The notes under the pieces are model-generated. The model saw only the letters and a list, made by a program, of their open reading frames with translations, did not search any database and had not been told where the DNA came from. The translations under genes and the position numbers were made by a program. From NCBI RefSeq assembly GCF_009914755.1, contig NC_060927.1: a stretch of DNA of 64,000 nt. One strand, 5' to 3'. Source of the stretch: the human T2T-CHM13v2.0 reference genome, Homo sapiens. This document shows, in pieces, positions 1 to 12,958 of this stretch. Position 1 is the stretch's first letter. Every line of letters begins with the position of its first letter.

Positions 1-19
1 CAATCTCTAACCGCTATGC

Positions 20-450
20 ACAAAGGAGAGATTTATGGTGGTATGAGACATTATGCATAGAGAATTTGACCTAAAAAGGGAGGTCAGCGAAGTGACAGTT
101 ATGCTGAGATGTGAAGGGGTTAACCTGATGAAGCATAACCAACTTTTACAAAGACATATGGTAACAGGAAGCATAGCCAGTATGCCTAAAGTAGACAGAG
201 GGGGAGCATAGTGAGAGATCAGGCTGAAAAATATCTAGGGAAGGACTATGTAGAGGGCTGAAAACTCTGACAAAAAGTTCTGTGTTAATAGCTAAGTGGA
301 TTGAAAATCAATGAAATATTTCATGTCTTTAGTCGGGGGGTGGTGCAAGGGAGGCGGATTACATATCAGACAGATCACTCTGAATGCCCTGTGGAAAACG
401 AACATGCCAGAGTGCTCTTCCAGTAATTCTAGTGGGAGATCATGATGTCT
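20..450 (-). mobile_element. L2 LINE fragment
   Basis: cagatcactctgaatgccctgtggaaa...cagtaattctagtgggagatcatgatg resembles the reverse complement of the L2 3' region; highly diverged. Confidence 0.65.
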
Positions 451-479
451 CCTTCTTTCCCCAGATAGTTGTTAACTTC

Positions 480-913
480 CGTTAAAGTAGCTTAAAATGG
501 AGATTGTGCCTGAAAAGTACCAAGCAGACAAAGCCAGTTAGGTCTCATAAGTGATCTAAACCTTGCTTGATTTGCAAACATAAGTGAAACTTAAGTTGAG
601 CTATTTTTTTGTAAATGCCTATATTAAAGAAAAACAGAACTTAAGCTCATCTAATAAAAAACAATGAACAAATATACAATTAAGTAAATAGGGATTTTTC
701 AACAAGATAGACCAAATAAGGAAACTAATTGTAACCAATCAATTTGTTTTTTTATGCTTCATTTCTTTGTTCATTCTATAACATCTTTCTCCTTGCGTCC
801 CCTTGTTGGAGCTTCTGAAAACATTGTGTTTTGGAGCTACCTGATTCATGAATCTCTATTTGCCCAAACAAACACTTTAAAATGTTATTGTACCTTAGTT
901 TATCTACTTAATA
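480..913 (+). mobile_element. ERV1-class solo LTR (MER57/MER93-like)
   Basis: cgttaaagtagcttaaaatggag...cttgcttgatttgcaaacataag...gtaaccaatc...tgattcatgaatc; near-TSD cttc/attc. Confidence 0.75.
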
Positions 914-1295
914 ATTCTTGTGGGCAAAGAATTCATTTATTACTTCTTGTGTTTCACAGTGCTAAAGTGAAATTATATGGTAAGGTATTATTTGCAGATT
1001 AAATGAAAGAAAAGTAGACTTAATCAATTATTTAGATAACAGAATAATTAAACTGATTACTTATTACCATTTTTTAGCTATATGATCAATGCAAGCAGAT
1101 TGGATAATTTGTTATCTATATTATACTCTGTTTTAATCTCTTAACATAATATAAAGGTAGTAAACTTTGGGTTGTGGAGTTGTCCTTTCATCTCAGTCAC
1201 TTTGCCTGCAAATCAGACTAGGAGATAGTTGCTGAGTTGTCCATTTTTAACTTTTCTTACCATTGTTCTATATCAGACCTAAATGTTCTCATAAC

Positions 1296-1341
1296 TTTTT
1301 TCTTTCTTTTCCTTTTCTTTCTTTTTTTTTTTTTTTTTTTT
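1296..1341. repeat. T-rich/poly(T) tract
   Basis: TTTC-type units followed by a T20 run. Confidence 0.9.
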
Positions 1342-1608
1342 AAATGACCAATCTAATAAACAGATTGTACCTCCGACTCTCCCAGTTGGGATATTTTATT
1401 TCCTGTAACTTTATCAACTCATTTTGTGTTTTGTATTCAAAACGAAATAGTCAATGTATTTTATTTGCCTTAAAAATATTCTTGCATGCTATATTCTCCA
1501 AACTGTCTTTTTACAAACAAGCTTGACTAGGAGTTAACGTATAAGAGGAAGTAATCACATACAAATATTAAGTGACTATCTGTTGAGAGTTTATATCCTC
1601 ATATTTTT

Positions 1609-1649
1609 CAGATGAGATCGGGTGCATTCAGGGTGGTATGACCGTAGAC
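1609..1649 (-). pseudogene. 3'-truncated (tailless) 5S rRNA fragment, nt 1-41
   Basis: Reverse complement GTCTACGGTCATACCACCCTGAATGCACCCGATCTCATCTG matches human 5S nt 1-41 at 37/41; three of the four changes are CpG transitions. Confidence 0.95.
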
Positions 1650-2849
1650 CTTCACAGCATCTTTCAAAGGATGAGACAAGATGTTAGATAATATCTATAT
1701 GCTGATAACTGGGCCATTCCAAACAGGTATTCCAAAATGGTCTTTGAGTATAAACATTTTAAACATAATATCAGAAATACTTTAAAATAATACTTTTTGA
1801 ATTCTATAGACTCTTATATCTTAAATTTGCCTTTCAAATTGACTTCAAAGTTGCATAATGACGTTTAATTACTATAAGAGTATGCACTGATTTTTTTTCT
1901 TCCTAAACTTACTGCCTTTCTTATTCCATCAAGATGTGAAAACTGTCAATTAGTGTAATACACATACAAAATTATTCAGAAAAATTCAAGATAAAATAAA
2001 ATTTCAGTAAAATTGGATATAATGTGAACATCGTAGCTCACAAAAATTATAGGTAGAACACAATTTATTATATTTAAGATAGTCTTTGAGATATTTTCTT
2101 TAATAACTGAAAAGTAAAGAAAAACAACTCAATTAGTTTCCACCTCATTGGTGGCTTGTTAATTCTGCTCAGCTAATCAGATAGTGGTTCCAAGGTTTTC
2201 AAACATTCTAAATTGTTTTCTGAATTCAGTAACGATCTTTCAAGGCATTGATCTAAAAAAAAGCTGAGAATAAACAGGTTCCTACATGAAGTTCTGAATA
2301 ATCTTCTGCAAAGTTCCTCTCTGGTTCTCTTTGAGTCTTAATCTCTCTTTAAGTTTCTCTTCTATCTTATTGTAGATGTCTCTGCTTTAGTCTCCTCCCA
2401 ATATTCCCTTTTGTTTTATTTTATCTATCTTTCTTAATCTATCTATTCTTTCTTTCTCTCTTTCTGTAGCAAGCTATACTAGAATATCATAGTTCTGTGA
2501 CTATCTCCATGTACGATGTGTAAATCTCATTACGCACATATTCATGAACAAATTTGGTATAAATACATATATTAATGTCATAAAATCCAGCTTTTCTTTG
2601 GGAAGTTCTTCAAATTATTTTCAAAAGTCCTCTCTTTTTTTATTATGTGGAATAAAAATTAGATTTCAAAGGGGAGTGGTTCCCTTGTTTCTTATTTACA
2701 TTAAAAAAATACAGTGAAATGTTATTGCATTTCTCTTTGTCAGAGGTAGTAAAGAAGTGAAAAGTGAATATGAGAGAGTTAAAGATTGTAATAAAAGAGT
2801 TTAGAGCTTTACGAGTTCTGTTCTGTTTAACCTCCTGCTTTGCTAATAT

Positions 2850-3214
2850 ATTTGATAGGATATAGGGTAAGTTAGTACCAACCAAAGACCCCAAATTATG
2901 AACTATGAAAAGATAGACCTTTGTCTCTTGCTTATATCACCAAGGAGAGATAAGCAGTCAGGGCTGGTTGGATAACTCTGCTCACTTTTTAGTATGTAAC
3001 ATCCATCTCTATTTCAGTTCTCACTATTTCCTAGCCAGCTACAAGAGGGAAAGAGCCAAGATAGCAATATGCATTCTATTTTAGGACCTAGAATTGGCAC
3101 CAATATCTTTCGCCTGTGTCCTATTAACCAGCAGTTAGTTACAAGATCTGAAGGAGTTACTATTATGAACCAAAGGGAAGATGGACATTGTTCAGCCACT
3201 AGCAGTTTGCCACA
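2850..3214 (-). mobile_element. Old MaLR LTR (MLT1J/K-like)
   Basis: Start resembles taggatagg...caaagaccccaaatt; ends cagccactagcagtttgccaca. Confidence 0.55.
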
Positions 3215-3559
3215 ATTCAAGAGTAGTAATTGAAGACAAATTATTTTACCAAAATTCTCTCCACTGCTGAAATGTGGTTTAAAATCTGGTTTATTTCAGC
3301 TTAATTAGTGATCAATTGTTAACATTCAGTAATTTTTTTTTAATGTTGAAGTTTATTCATGAACCTTTTTGTATACTATCAAATACATATTATTATAGGG
3401 TGTGTAGGAAACAGCTGGTGATTAAAATACATCTCCAGACATAATAAAGGGTTGAATCATGCCCTATTTTACTCTGTGTTCATGAAAAAGTCATTACAAT
3501 AGTTTTCAGGACTTTATTAGACCTGGGTTTCTGTTACGTCTATCGCTATCTCTCATTTC

Positions 3560-4040
3560 TCTCTTCCTCTCTAAGGACATGCCAGCCACACTGTCATTCT
3601 TGATTTTTCTTCAGTGTTAGACACTCACTCTCTCATCTCTGAGCCTTTGTCCTTAATGTTCCTTCTCCTAGGATGTCCTTGCCTCTATGATTTCTGTCAG
3701 GTTTGTTCCTTTGTCTCCTTCAGGTCTTTGTTTAAAGGTCATTTTTTCAGGAAAACTTACCCTCTCTTTCTTTTTAAAATTTCGAATCTAACCACAGTAT
3801 TTTCTCTTCTTCTTCTATGCATTATCTATCAAGTTGAAGTTATTAGCATTCAAGATTTTGTATATTTTGCTTACTTATTTTGTTTATTGACCATCTTCCA
3901 CCAACCAACTGGAATGGAGGCTGAGGGCATTGATTTTTGTTAATTTTTTGTTTGTTTTCCATGACTACAGTAGTGCCTGGAACATAATATGATCATCAGT
4001 AGATATTCAGTGGCTAAATGAATGAATGAACAAATGAAAG
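3560..4040 (+). mobile_element. L2 3' end (L2a-like)
   Basis: ccagccacactg...cagtagtgcctggaacataat...aatgaatgaatgaa terminal repeats. Confidence 0.8.
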
Positions 4041-5299
4041 AGTAATTGAGTAAATGATTCAGAAAAGCTACAATGGTTTTAACTCTATTTGCCAATTTGG
4101 GAAAATTTGATTTATGCATTGATACTTTTCAATATTCTCTGTCTTTACTTAATCCTTGATAGTATGTTTCATGCTATTAAAATAACTTAGTGATTTTTAA
4201 AAATTAGTTTTATGTACTCAAAATATCTAAGAAAAATAAAGTCTTCCATTGGAAAGAATATTTTATAAAATTATGAATGTTAAGATTAAAGCTATACCTG
4301 GGCTTAAAAATGTCCAAGTATTAATTTTAATCAATTAATCCACTTTAAAATATCTTTATATTTTAAAAGACAAATCACAAAATTGCATTTATTGTAGTAT
4401 TATTCTAATAATAAAATGTTTTAAATAATGTTCTTACATCATGAGGAGAATTCTTAAGGCTAATACCAAAGCTTTAAATTTCATCACCTCTTATAAGCTT
4501 ATTTTTAATGAGGTGAAAATAGTTCAAATGATAGTTTCAATCATTAGTGACATTCTGTATTGCAACGTAAGCCATAGGAGCTAGTTATTTAACATAAATT
4601 ATTTTTATATTAAATTATGCCATGCAAATTCTTCAATATATATTTTCTGATTACCAATTAGTACCCAAGTGGTAGTTAAGCACCCAGATTAATGTTTCCA
4701 TTCACCACATGAAGTGATTCTGAAAATCCCTGTGGAGGTAATCGTAAACATGTTTTAGGTACAAATGCACTAATTTAGTTACATAGTCAGCAGAGTCAAG
4801 TCTGAAAGTAGCCTAAAACAAGGTGTGGTTGAGCAAATTATTCTATGCATAATTGTCAAGAATGCTTCAAAGTGATAATTAGCACATGATATCCCCAAGG
4901 GAGTGAATTGCCAGGTAGTATATAATAAAATCAGAACTTTATTATATAATTTAAGTATTTAGCTTATATTTAAAACAGTCTCCCAAAAAGAAAAGTGACA
5001 TTCAAAAATTTTTTGGTGACCATGTACTTATAAATTTCATTAAATCTATGTAAATGAGAAATATCTATTACACACTGCCAACTGGCATTTTCTAGAATAG
5101 AAAATCTTTAAAAAAAATATTGGTAAATTAGTGGTGGGAAATGTGCTATGCCAGAGTTTCTCCTGCAGAGGGGAGAGTGCTGCAGCAGCATAGTTACAAG
5201 GGAGGTCCACTCACCTGCTACCCTCATACAGGATCTTGCATTTGAACTTTCAGAGACAGGAGCTAAAATTTCTGGTCTTACAGTGGCAACTCAAGCTAA

Positions 5300-5540
5300 T
5301 AACAATAATAACATTAATAATAATCACCATAATGAAAATCAACATTCATTAAACACTTAGTGTGTGTCAATGTGTTAATCAATTTCAATACATAATTTAG
5401 TTTCACACCAATGATGGAACGTGGGATTATTATATTCATTTGACAAATGAGAAAATGAGTCTAAATTAGCAAATAAGAGAGAGTGGATTAAAACTCAGGT
5501 ATGTCTTTTAGGATTATTGATCTTAACCACAACATTACAC
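5300..5540 (-). mobile_element. MIR
   Basis: attattatattcatttgacaaatgagaaaatgag core; tcttaaccac end. Confidence 0.7.
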
Positions 5541-6129
5541 CAATATAATGAAGGTAGGGGTTGATATCCCTTGTTGGCATTAGTATATTGTACACTATTT
5601 TCAGAATTATTTCGATCATATACTTCACATTTCTGCAGATGTGTGTTGAGTCTGCTGTGACCCACAAAGGGATTTCCCTAAATGTTGATCCTTTCTTTTA
5701 GCCATTTTGCATTTTCTGTACTTGATTCAGGGATGATGGAATACTGCTCTGCTTAGGAATAAAGCTGCTAACAGAGTGTTATTTAAAATATCTCTTACAT
5801 AGCTTGTATCTTATACTCTATGATGAGAGCTTATTGGCCTGTTATCATGTTTCCAATGTTTTCATAACTTTTTGCTGGGGCATTGACATTTCTAAATATT
5901 TTTGGCAAATTATATTACCATTGTGCATCCAATTTTTGTCCTCTCTAAAATGGGTACAGTATGACATATTTCCCATTGCTATGTTGATGATTAAATGAAA
6001 AAGTCTATTTCAAGGTTGTGGTGCAGTGCTGGGTAGGCCTGTGCCACAGGGACAGTCATCTAAGATATTTTCTTTTTTACATAATAGGTACTCAATGAAA
6101 TGGGCTCTATTGAATCAAGTGTTATTTAT

Positions 6130-6600
6130 AAAGGGCAACATTTACACTGGGACAAGCACAGTAACAGTATTAGGAACTGACACAAGGGTGAGTAAAATAG
6201 ACTTATTTCCTGAATGTTTGGGAACAAATAAGTAGAAAATGTCAACATATGTCCAAGAAGGACAAGGCCAGCAGGCAATGAGATATAGTGATTGGCTTGG
6301 GGAGTGCATAATTGAGGAAGGCCTCTCTGAGAAGGGTTATGTTTATGATGAGACCCAGCACTGAGAAGGAGCCAGCTGGATAAATAACACAGAAGACAAA
6401 AAAGACTATTTATGCAAAAGCTGTTGTATGGTGAAGAGTGTGGAAAATTGGAGGAATTGAGAGGGCATGGCAAAGTGCAGGCTCTGGGTGCCATGGATGG
6501 GAATGAGAAAAGAACGTAGACAGATAATGTGGTTTAGGATATCGGGGATGAGGGGCCTGCATAGGAGCACAAGGGTGCCAAAAGCAGTGGGAATGACGCT
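6130..6600 (-). mobile_element. L2 fragment
   Basis: gaaggcctctctgagaagg...gagacc...gaaggagccagc typical of antisense L2. Confidence 0.7.
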
Positions 6601-6956
6601 GAAGACAGGCCTGGGAAACCTCTCAGTTTGTTTCGTATGTGGTGCCTGTGGGGCCACCTGTGGCCAAGGAGTACCTGTGGCACCTGAAGGAGATGAGCCC
6701 ATACCTTGCAATCACCAATCACCACCCCCTCCCTCTCCAGTCCCTCTTATTCCCAGTGAGCGCTGGGCAAACATTCTAATCACACATTACCAAAGAAGAA
6801 ACCAAGGAAACAGCTTTGTGAAGTGTGCTCTGTCGGGATATGTTTCCCTTAAAGGCTGCTGCGGCTTGACAAGCTTATCTTTTTTGCAGCCTTGCAGCCC
6901 CACGAGATGGTTTTGCTCAGTCGGTTTTGCTTTTAGTCTTTTAAAATGGATCAGTC

Positions 6957-6973
6957 AGGTCAACGGAAGGTCA
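6957..6973 (+). promoter_or_regulatory. Perfect DR5 nuclear-receptor element (candidate RARE)
   Basis: AGGTCA-acgga-AGGTCA in apparently non-repeat DNA; function untested. Confidence 0.55.
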
Positions 6974-8619
6974 TATTTGCAGTCTTTGTTGTTTAAAGGT
7001 GAAAGTAAACACACAGAGAGCTGCAGAAAGAACATTTTAAGCTGTGTTTTGAACTATGCAATGACTTGAAAGAACTTGGAAAATTAAGGTAATTAGGCAG
7101 AGCAGAATGAAGGCCTCTAGTAAAAAGCCCACAGATTTGATTCTGTCATCCTTCTGACCTCTGTTAGTGACAGAATTTAAAATATTTGTTATTTTTTTTT
7201 GCCTGGGTAATGAAGTACCGTGACCCAGATATGTACTGTGGCTCCTTGTTTATTTTCTGACAGAGATGGGGTTTGAGGTGAGAGAGGAAAAAAAAAAAGC
7301 ATGACTGAATGTGAGACTCGGGTATATTAAAAGAGATCAAACTGGTTCAACAAATGACTATTGTGGCTATTTCCTAAAAAGGTTGATGGCCCTTTACCTG
7401 TAACCAAGCTGAATGTCAGAAACTTATGTTAAACATATGACATTAATTAGAAAGATATCCAGCTGCCAGTCTATTAAAAATGAAATGGTGCTGACTTACT
7501 GTGTTTTCAATAACTGATACTAGAAGATACATTGGAAGTTCTGTACCAACATGATGAGAAAAAATGTCTGAACTGAGGCGCTGTGTCTGTATTCTTTCCC
7601 ATAGCTCCTAGAAGTGTTGTATTTGTATTCAGCCAAGTGGCTGCCTGCTTTGTAAAATCATAGACACACTGGTTTCCGCAGATGTACCACACAGCACTGA
7701 GTTGTTTCATGTGCTGTTGTCTGTGGCCACAAGAGGCGTAATCTGTCCAGGAATGCCACAGGGGGATTCAGCGTGAAATTCACTGTGTAGGAGGAGTTGC
7801 AAAGCCTCTGTGTTTTAATACTCCAGACAAGTTGAGTCAGGAAAATGAAAATCCCCGCGGAAACCCTTAACCAGACTTCTCTTTCTCTGATGTGATATTC
7901 AGACCTGACAGATGGAAAAATATCAATTGTCTATCAGAATGGCTGAGCATGGTAAAGTATGACTGTTTTATAAAAGAGAGTCAAAGCGCACATATATTCA
8001 GATGGCTGGAAAAATTGAAATACCAGTGACCGAGGGAGCTGACTGAAGATATTTCAAACCCTCCTTGGAGAGAGGGCAGCATTAACTGCTACTTGTTAGC
8101 ATCTTAACAGACAACAGAATCACCACTGTACTTACATCGGTAGCATTTCAATGGAATTTTCAGCATATTGGGTAACAGTGAAGATACACAGGAGTAGGCT
8201 TTGTGTTTATAAGTCAAGGAATCCTGCTGCTGTCTTTTAAGCTGCTTGTATTTACAGAATTCTGCTGGCTACAATGAGCCTCACATTTCTGAAAACAAAA
8301 ATAAATGCCGCTTTCTCAAACTCTACCATTTTTTTTCTCTTTTTTTCCTCATTTTTTCTCTGTCTACCTCAAATCATTATTCCTAGTGCTTTCTTGGTCC
8401 CTGCATCTGTGCCCCTGAATGAGGCTGGAGAAAAACACAGTCGTGTTGGTTGCTTTGGCTTTAAATTCATGGCACTTCTCTTTGTGGGCCCTTCATGCTG
8501 CAGCATAACCTACGACATACCTCATCTGTTCACCCGCCACTTTCTAAGATGGTTGTTGAATACATTTTCTTTTCTCCTCAAATCTGCAACAAATTTTTTG
8601 ACCATTTTTACTCTCAATG

Positions 8620-8872
8620 GATGTCCAAGCTTGCTTATTTAGAAAGTAGAAGCAGCTAGAAAACAGCTTCCACAAGCTCCCACCACAATATCCATTTGCT
8701 TTCTTTTTTGCCTACTGACTCTGACTTCAATGGCTTTACTTTAGATGAATGTCCGTGGTTTCAGGGCCAACCTTTCTGCTTGAGCTCTGTGTTACTCTAC
8801 TGATCCCAACTACTTCCACATTATCAATTTCCCCCTCTTTTATTGAATTATGTCCTCAACATACAAACATCT
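8620..8872 (+). mobile_element. L2 internal fragment
   Basis: gaaagtagaagc...aggccaacc-like...cctcaacatacaaacat. Confidence 0.5.
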
Positions 8873-8884
8873 TTAAATGTTTCG

Positions 8885-9070
8885 CGATAGTAAATAGTTA
8901 AATAAACTGTGATACATCTATACCATGGATGTATGTATTTATTTAGAAACAAAATTAAAGAAACTACTGATACACTCAAGAGCTAGGATAGATCTCAAGG
9001 GTAAAATGCTAAGGGAAAAAAAGGCAATATCCAAAGGCCACATACTGTATGATTCCGTTTATAGAAGAAA
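8885..9070 (+). mobile_element. L1M (MC/ME) 3' fragment
   Basis: aataaactgtgatacatctataccatgga...catactgtatgattccgttt. Confidence 0.8.
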
Positions 9071-10301
9071 ATGAAACTAAGTGGTTAACTTGGAGACTTG
9101 CCTTTGATCTTCCTTAGTAGGGAGCTTTTCATGGAATCAGTGCTATTTCATTTTATAATATTACAAAAAAAGCAAACCCTTTATTTTTCTTCTCTGATGT
9201 CCTTTTTGTTTTTTTACTTTATTGTTAGATTTCATAGTTATCTTTATTTAGAAGACTTTGAATAAATTGTTGTTTGGCAATTTGGATTTTCATTTGGAAG
9301 AAATACATCTTTGGTTTCTGTGCCATATTGCCCTGTTTATAAAAAACTTAGTCTATTTAAAGAGAAAGGTTAAAAGTAAAAAAAAGGAATAGCAACCGCA
9401 ATCTGGATATGACTCCTTCTGACCCCTTCCTCAGCAGCTGGATCAAATAACACTTTTAATTGAAATAAATGTGCTAAAAACAATCAAGGTCGCTCTGTTG
9501 CAATGGAGAAAATATGCAGGTACCCTTCACATGATAGAACTGGAACATCATTAAGAGTGCTGATTACCAAGAGAAAAAAAGTTATTATTTTTTTGTTTAA
9601 ATTTGTTATTTTGATTTTTTAATGCTTGTTTTCTAGTTAAGCTTCTTTCATCTTCCTTTTGAGTTTAAAAAGAAAGCACGCAGAACACACAGTTCTTAAA
9701 CTGACTATTACGGCCACGAATTTTATTAAGAACTTTTGCTGTAGTGGTTTCTTAAGGGAGTTTTCTTTCTGCAAGAAAATAATATTTTGTTGTGAAAAAA
9801 TCTTGATCCAGTATTAATGGTACTTTGAACGCTAAATATAAGGGCAATTTTTCTGGGATATCTTCCTATTGTTAGGGTTGGTTTGGCTAATCATTTAGGT
9901 CTAAGGGAGATTCCTTCTATCTTAACTATTCCATGGATATAGATATCGTTTACCTAGCAGGGTATTTGCTGTTGTTGTTTTTAATTTTCCAGATACATAT
10001 GGGATAATCTGTGGGTGTTGATTGCAAGAGCTTTGGCTGCTAGAGCCAGAGTTGTAAAACATCAACCTACTGTTGCAGTTACTAAGAGATAAATCCAGTT
10101 AATAACTCACAAGGCCATAGATAGAAGCTATTAGAAGCATGGTTATTGCATGAAAAACACAAATCCAAGCTTACTTATCCAGAACATGAAAGATGTTTCT
10201 TCAAATATTTTAAATATAAACACACCTCAATAGCTGCCCGAGCCAATGGGCCTGTATATTCCTGCAGCATAATTATGAGAACTGGTTGACAGCACACACG
10301 G

Positions 10302-10326
10302 CAGGTGTGATAAGCCACGTGATAAG
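10302..10326 (+). promoter_or_regulatory. E-box/GATA/E-box/GATA motif cluster
   Basis: CAGGTG TGATAA gc CACGTGATAA. Confidence 0.35.
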
Positions 10327-11264
10327 TAAAGAGAAAGAGGACACAGTGTATTAATTGCATTTCTTGAGAGTGTAGTTTGCCTTTGATGCCTTACTGTTTC
10401 AACCAAGTGGAAAAACAATGCCAGACATGGCTATTAAAAAAAGTGTTTCAGGTTCCCTGACATGATGGACTTTTAAACTGGCTCTGCCTGAAGAGATGCT
10501 TAATTTGGTGAAAGTGGCTGACCACATGAAATAGCAATTTTTATTGGTCTATTTGACATCGAAACAGTGAATATAAATGATGGATTCCTATCTTACTAGT
10601 GCAATCTGCATTCTGCATAGGTGTAAGAAAGGCAAAGAGAACTGTAGTTCAGCGACACATATTTTGTTGTGTTCCAATTCAGTGTACAAATTTTACCTCA
10701 CAATTTATGGAAAACAATATTGAGGCATCAAATTGCAAACAGTTATATAATCTGCAATGAATTTGCATTTACTATATTGTTATCAATGTTATCTTTGCTT
10801 TTGGAGAAATAACTGGGCAATTCTTAGCCTATCTACCTGAGTACAAGCACATTTGGAAGGGAGGAATAGAAACAAACATAGTCTAATGTAGTCTACCCAT
10901 TTTTTGTGTCTCCATTGTGGCTACAATTTTTTTAGGAGGCAGAAAGAGGCAACAACCAGGCCAGGCCTTTAATGTTCTGTATTACTTCTACTTCCCAAAC
11001 TCTTCATATGCTTCTTACTTTCCCACTCTCTACAGTAGTGATGATTACAGGCGACATCCAAATTACTTCCAAGTATCCTACAGGTTTTATTCAATGGAGG
11101 ATGATGTTAATAATTTTACAGTCTTTTTTTGGTGGGGAAGATCTATAATTTTCCAAAGACAGTAAAACCAGGTTTATAGTCTTAACATAAGAGTTCAACT
11201 TCTAGTTCCATCATGGAGCAGAGATTTTCTTGTATGGAGGAAAGATGTTTTCTATTTTTTCTAG

Positions 11265-11360
11265 ACCATAAAGAACCATGAGGGCAGTGACTAGGTTTTT
11301 TTCATCTTTGTGTTCCTAGAGCCTGGCAAAAAAGGTGTCGATATTGCTTATTGATTGAAA
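11265..11360 (+). mobile_element. L2 3' end
   Basis: ccatgagggcagtgac...ttcatctttgtgttcctagagcctggca. Confidence 0.7.
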
Positions 11361-11569
11361 GGAAGAAAAAAAAGAAGGATGTTATTTGTTTCATTATTTG
11401 CGTCTAACATCAAGTTGGCTACTTTATGTAAAGTAGCCCATAGCTCATAAATTTGGGTACTACTTCCTACTTTTCGTTAAAGTATAAATAATGTGTTTTA
11501 GAGCAAATCTTTGGACAATGACAATCCTTTTCTCCCCCCAACATTCACTAAAAAAGAACTGTATGGTAT

Positions 11570-11875
11570 ACCTACATGCTACTCACCTATATTTCTGATT
11601 CACCATGTGATGTGTTTTGCCGGTGAGATGTGAATATAAATGGCCTGAATTGTGTCTGGTAAGGTTGTCTGCTTCTGGTTTTTCCTCTATATCTTTTCTA
11701 TTGTGGTATCCAGTGATGTGCCATATGATGCATCCCAGGTCTTTAAATGAGAGTAACATGGAGTTGAGAACCTCACCAACCTATCAGGGACATATAGCAA
11801 GGAATAATTCTTTGTATTCTACCACTCAACATAATTTCTGTTATATTAAGGCTCTAATAATTGTTGCCATTTAAT
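11570..11875 (+). mobile_element. MLT1-type MaLR LTR fragment
   Basis: ccatgtgatgtgttttgcc...gacatatagcaagg...ttctgttatattaag. Confidence 0.55.
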
Positions 11876-11964
11876 TCATTATATCTGTCATTAATTTTGC
11901 AAGTATAGTTTTACATCTGATACTTTAGGATTTTTCCTGTGGCAGAAAATGTATTACTATATTT

Positions 11965-12130
11965 CTTATGATTTACAAATAATGCATGTTTATTGACAAA
12001 AATTTAGAATGCACTGAGAAACACTACCTCAAAATTTATAATCCCACTTTTCTAAGGCAACCACCATTAAAATTTGTATATTTATTTTTTAAGCCTTATT
12101 TCTAAAACCAGTGTTAAATAATGATTATTA
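11965..12130 (-). mobile_element. L1ME 3' end
   Basis: taatgcatgtttatt...ataatcccact...aaccaccattaa. Confidence 0.55.
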
Positions 12131-12754
12131 TATGTATATGCCTACATGTTTTCTCATACAAAATAATTTTAAATATATATTAAAAGCTAATGGAACAAAT
12201 AGTCTCAATTATTAAATTCTAATTTTAAGGACTTTTCTTCCTCTCAAAAACACATCAGGCTTCTGTAGTGAATGATGGCTATATCCTATTTTTAGAGAGA
12301 AATGATGTGAGATGACATTGTGTTTTATTTTGCCTTTACCATATTTTGTTTATTTCACACTGGCATATCCATAAAATAAAAACTTTTACTGATAAAGAAC
12401 TTCATATTGTCAGTGTGCTTTCTCATTTTCTTTCAGTTAAACCTTTTAATCTATCTGTGCAATAGATACGGCTGGCACTCTTTCTATTGCACATATGTGA
12501 AGGTGTGATTTGGCAAAGTCTGATAGCTGGTGCTAATTGAAAGTTCAATGCTCTTGTATTCATTTTACTTGTCCTGACAATGTAGAGGTTTCCTGAAAAG
12601 AAGCTAATGATTTTCACTTGTCTTGGTAGAGAATGATAGACATGCAAATCTGGATATCATCTATTGCAACATTTTGCAAAGAGAGACACTTGTACATCCC
12701 TAAATTTCCAGCTGAATGCATACTGATAATGCAAAAGCCATTGGATTTGGTGAA

Positions 12755-12905
12755 CAAGCAATGGATTAGGAATCACAAGATTTGATTTCCAAATCCACTG
12801 AGCTCTTAATTAATCTTTAGGTAGTCATTTCATCTTCATTTCTCCAAGGTCTTATGTATAGAAATATGTAGAATGGGGATAATAATAAATGTCTTGTCAA
12901 GTTTT
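12755..12905 (+). mobile_element. MIR
   Basis: ggattaggaatcacaagat...aatggggataataata. Confidence 0.65.
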
Positions 12906-12912
12906 TGTCAGA

Positions 12913-12916
<4 letters not shown>

Positions 12917-12956
<40 letters not shown>
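12917..12956. repeat. (AC)20 microsatellite
   Basis: Perfect dinucleotide run. Confidence 0.98.

Positions 12957-12958
<2 letters not shown>

Noticed and set aside
6040-6170. Possible tail-to-tail L2 pair (miR-28/151-like hairpin origin)
   Set aside because: Arms show no convincing complementarity
6467-7069. Longest ORF (200 aa), Cys-rich
   Set aside because: Starts within an antisense L2, no recognisable domain and no promoter or splice context; likely chance
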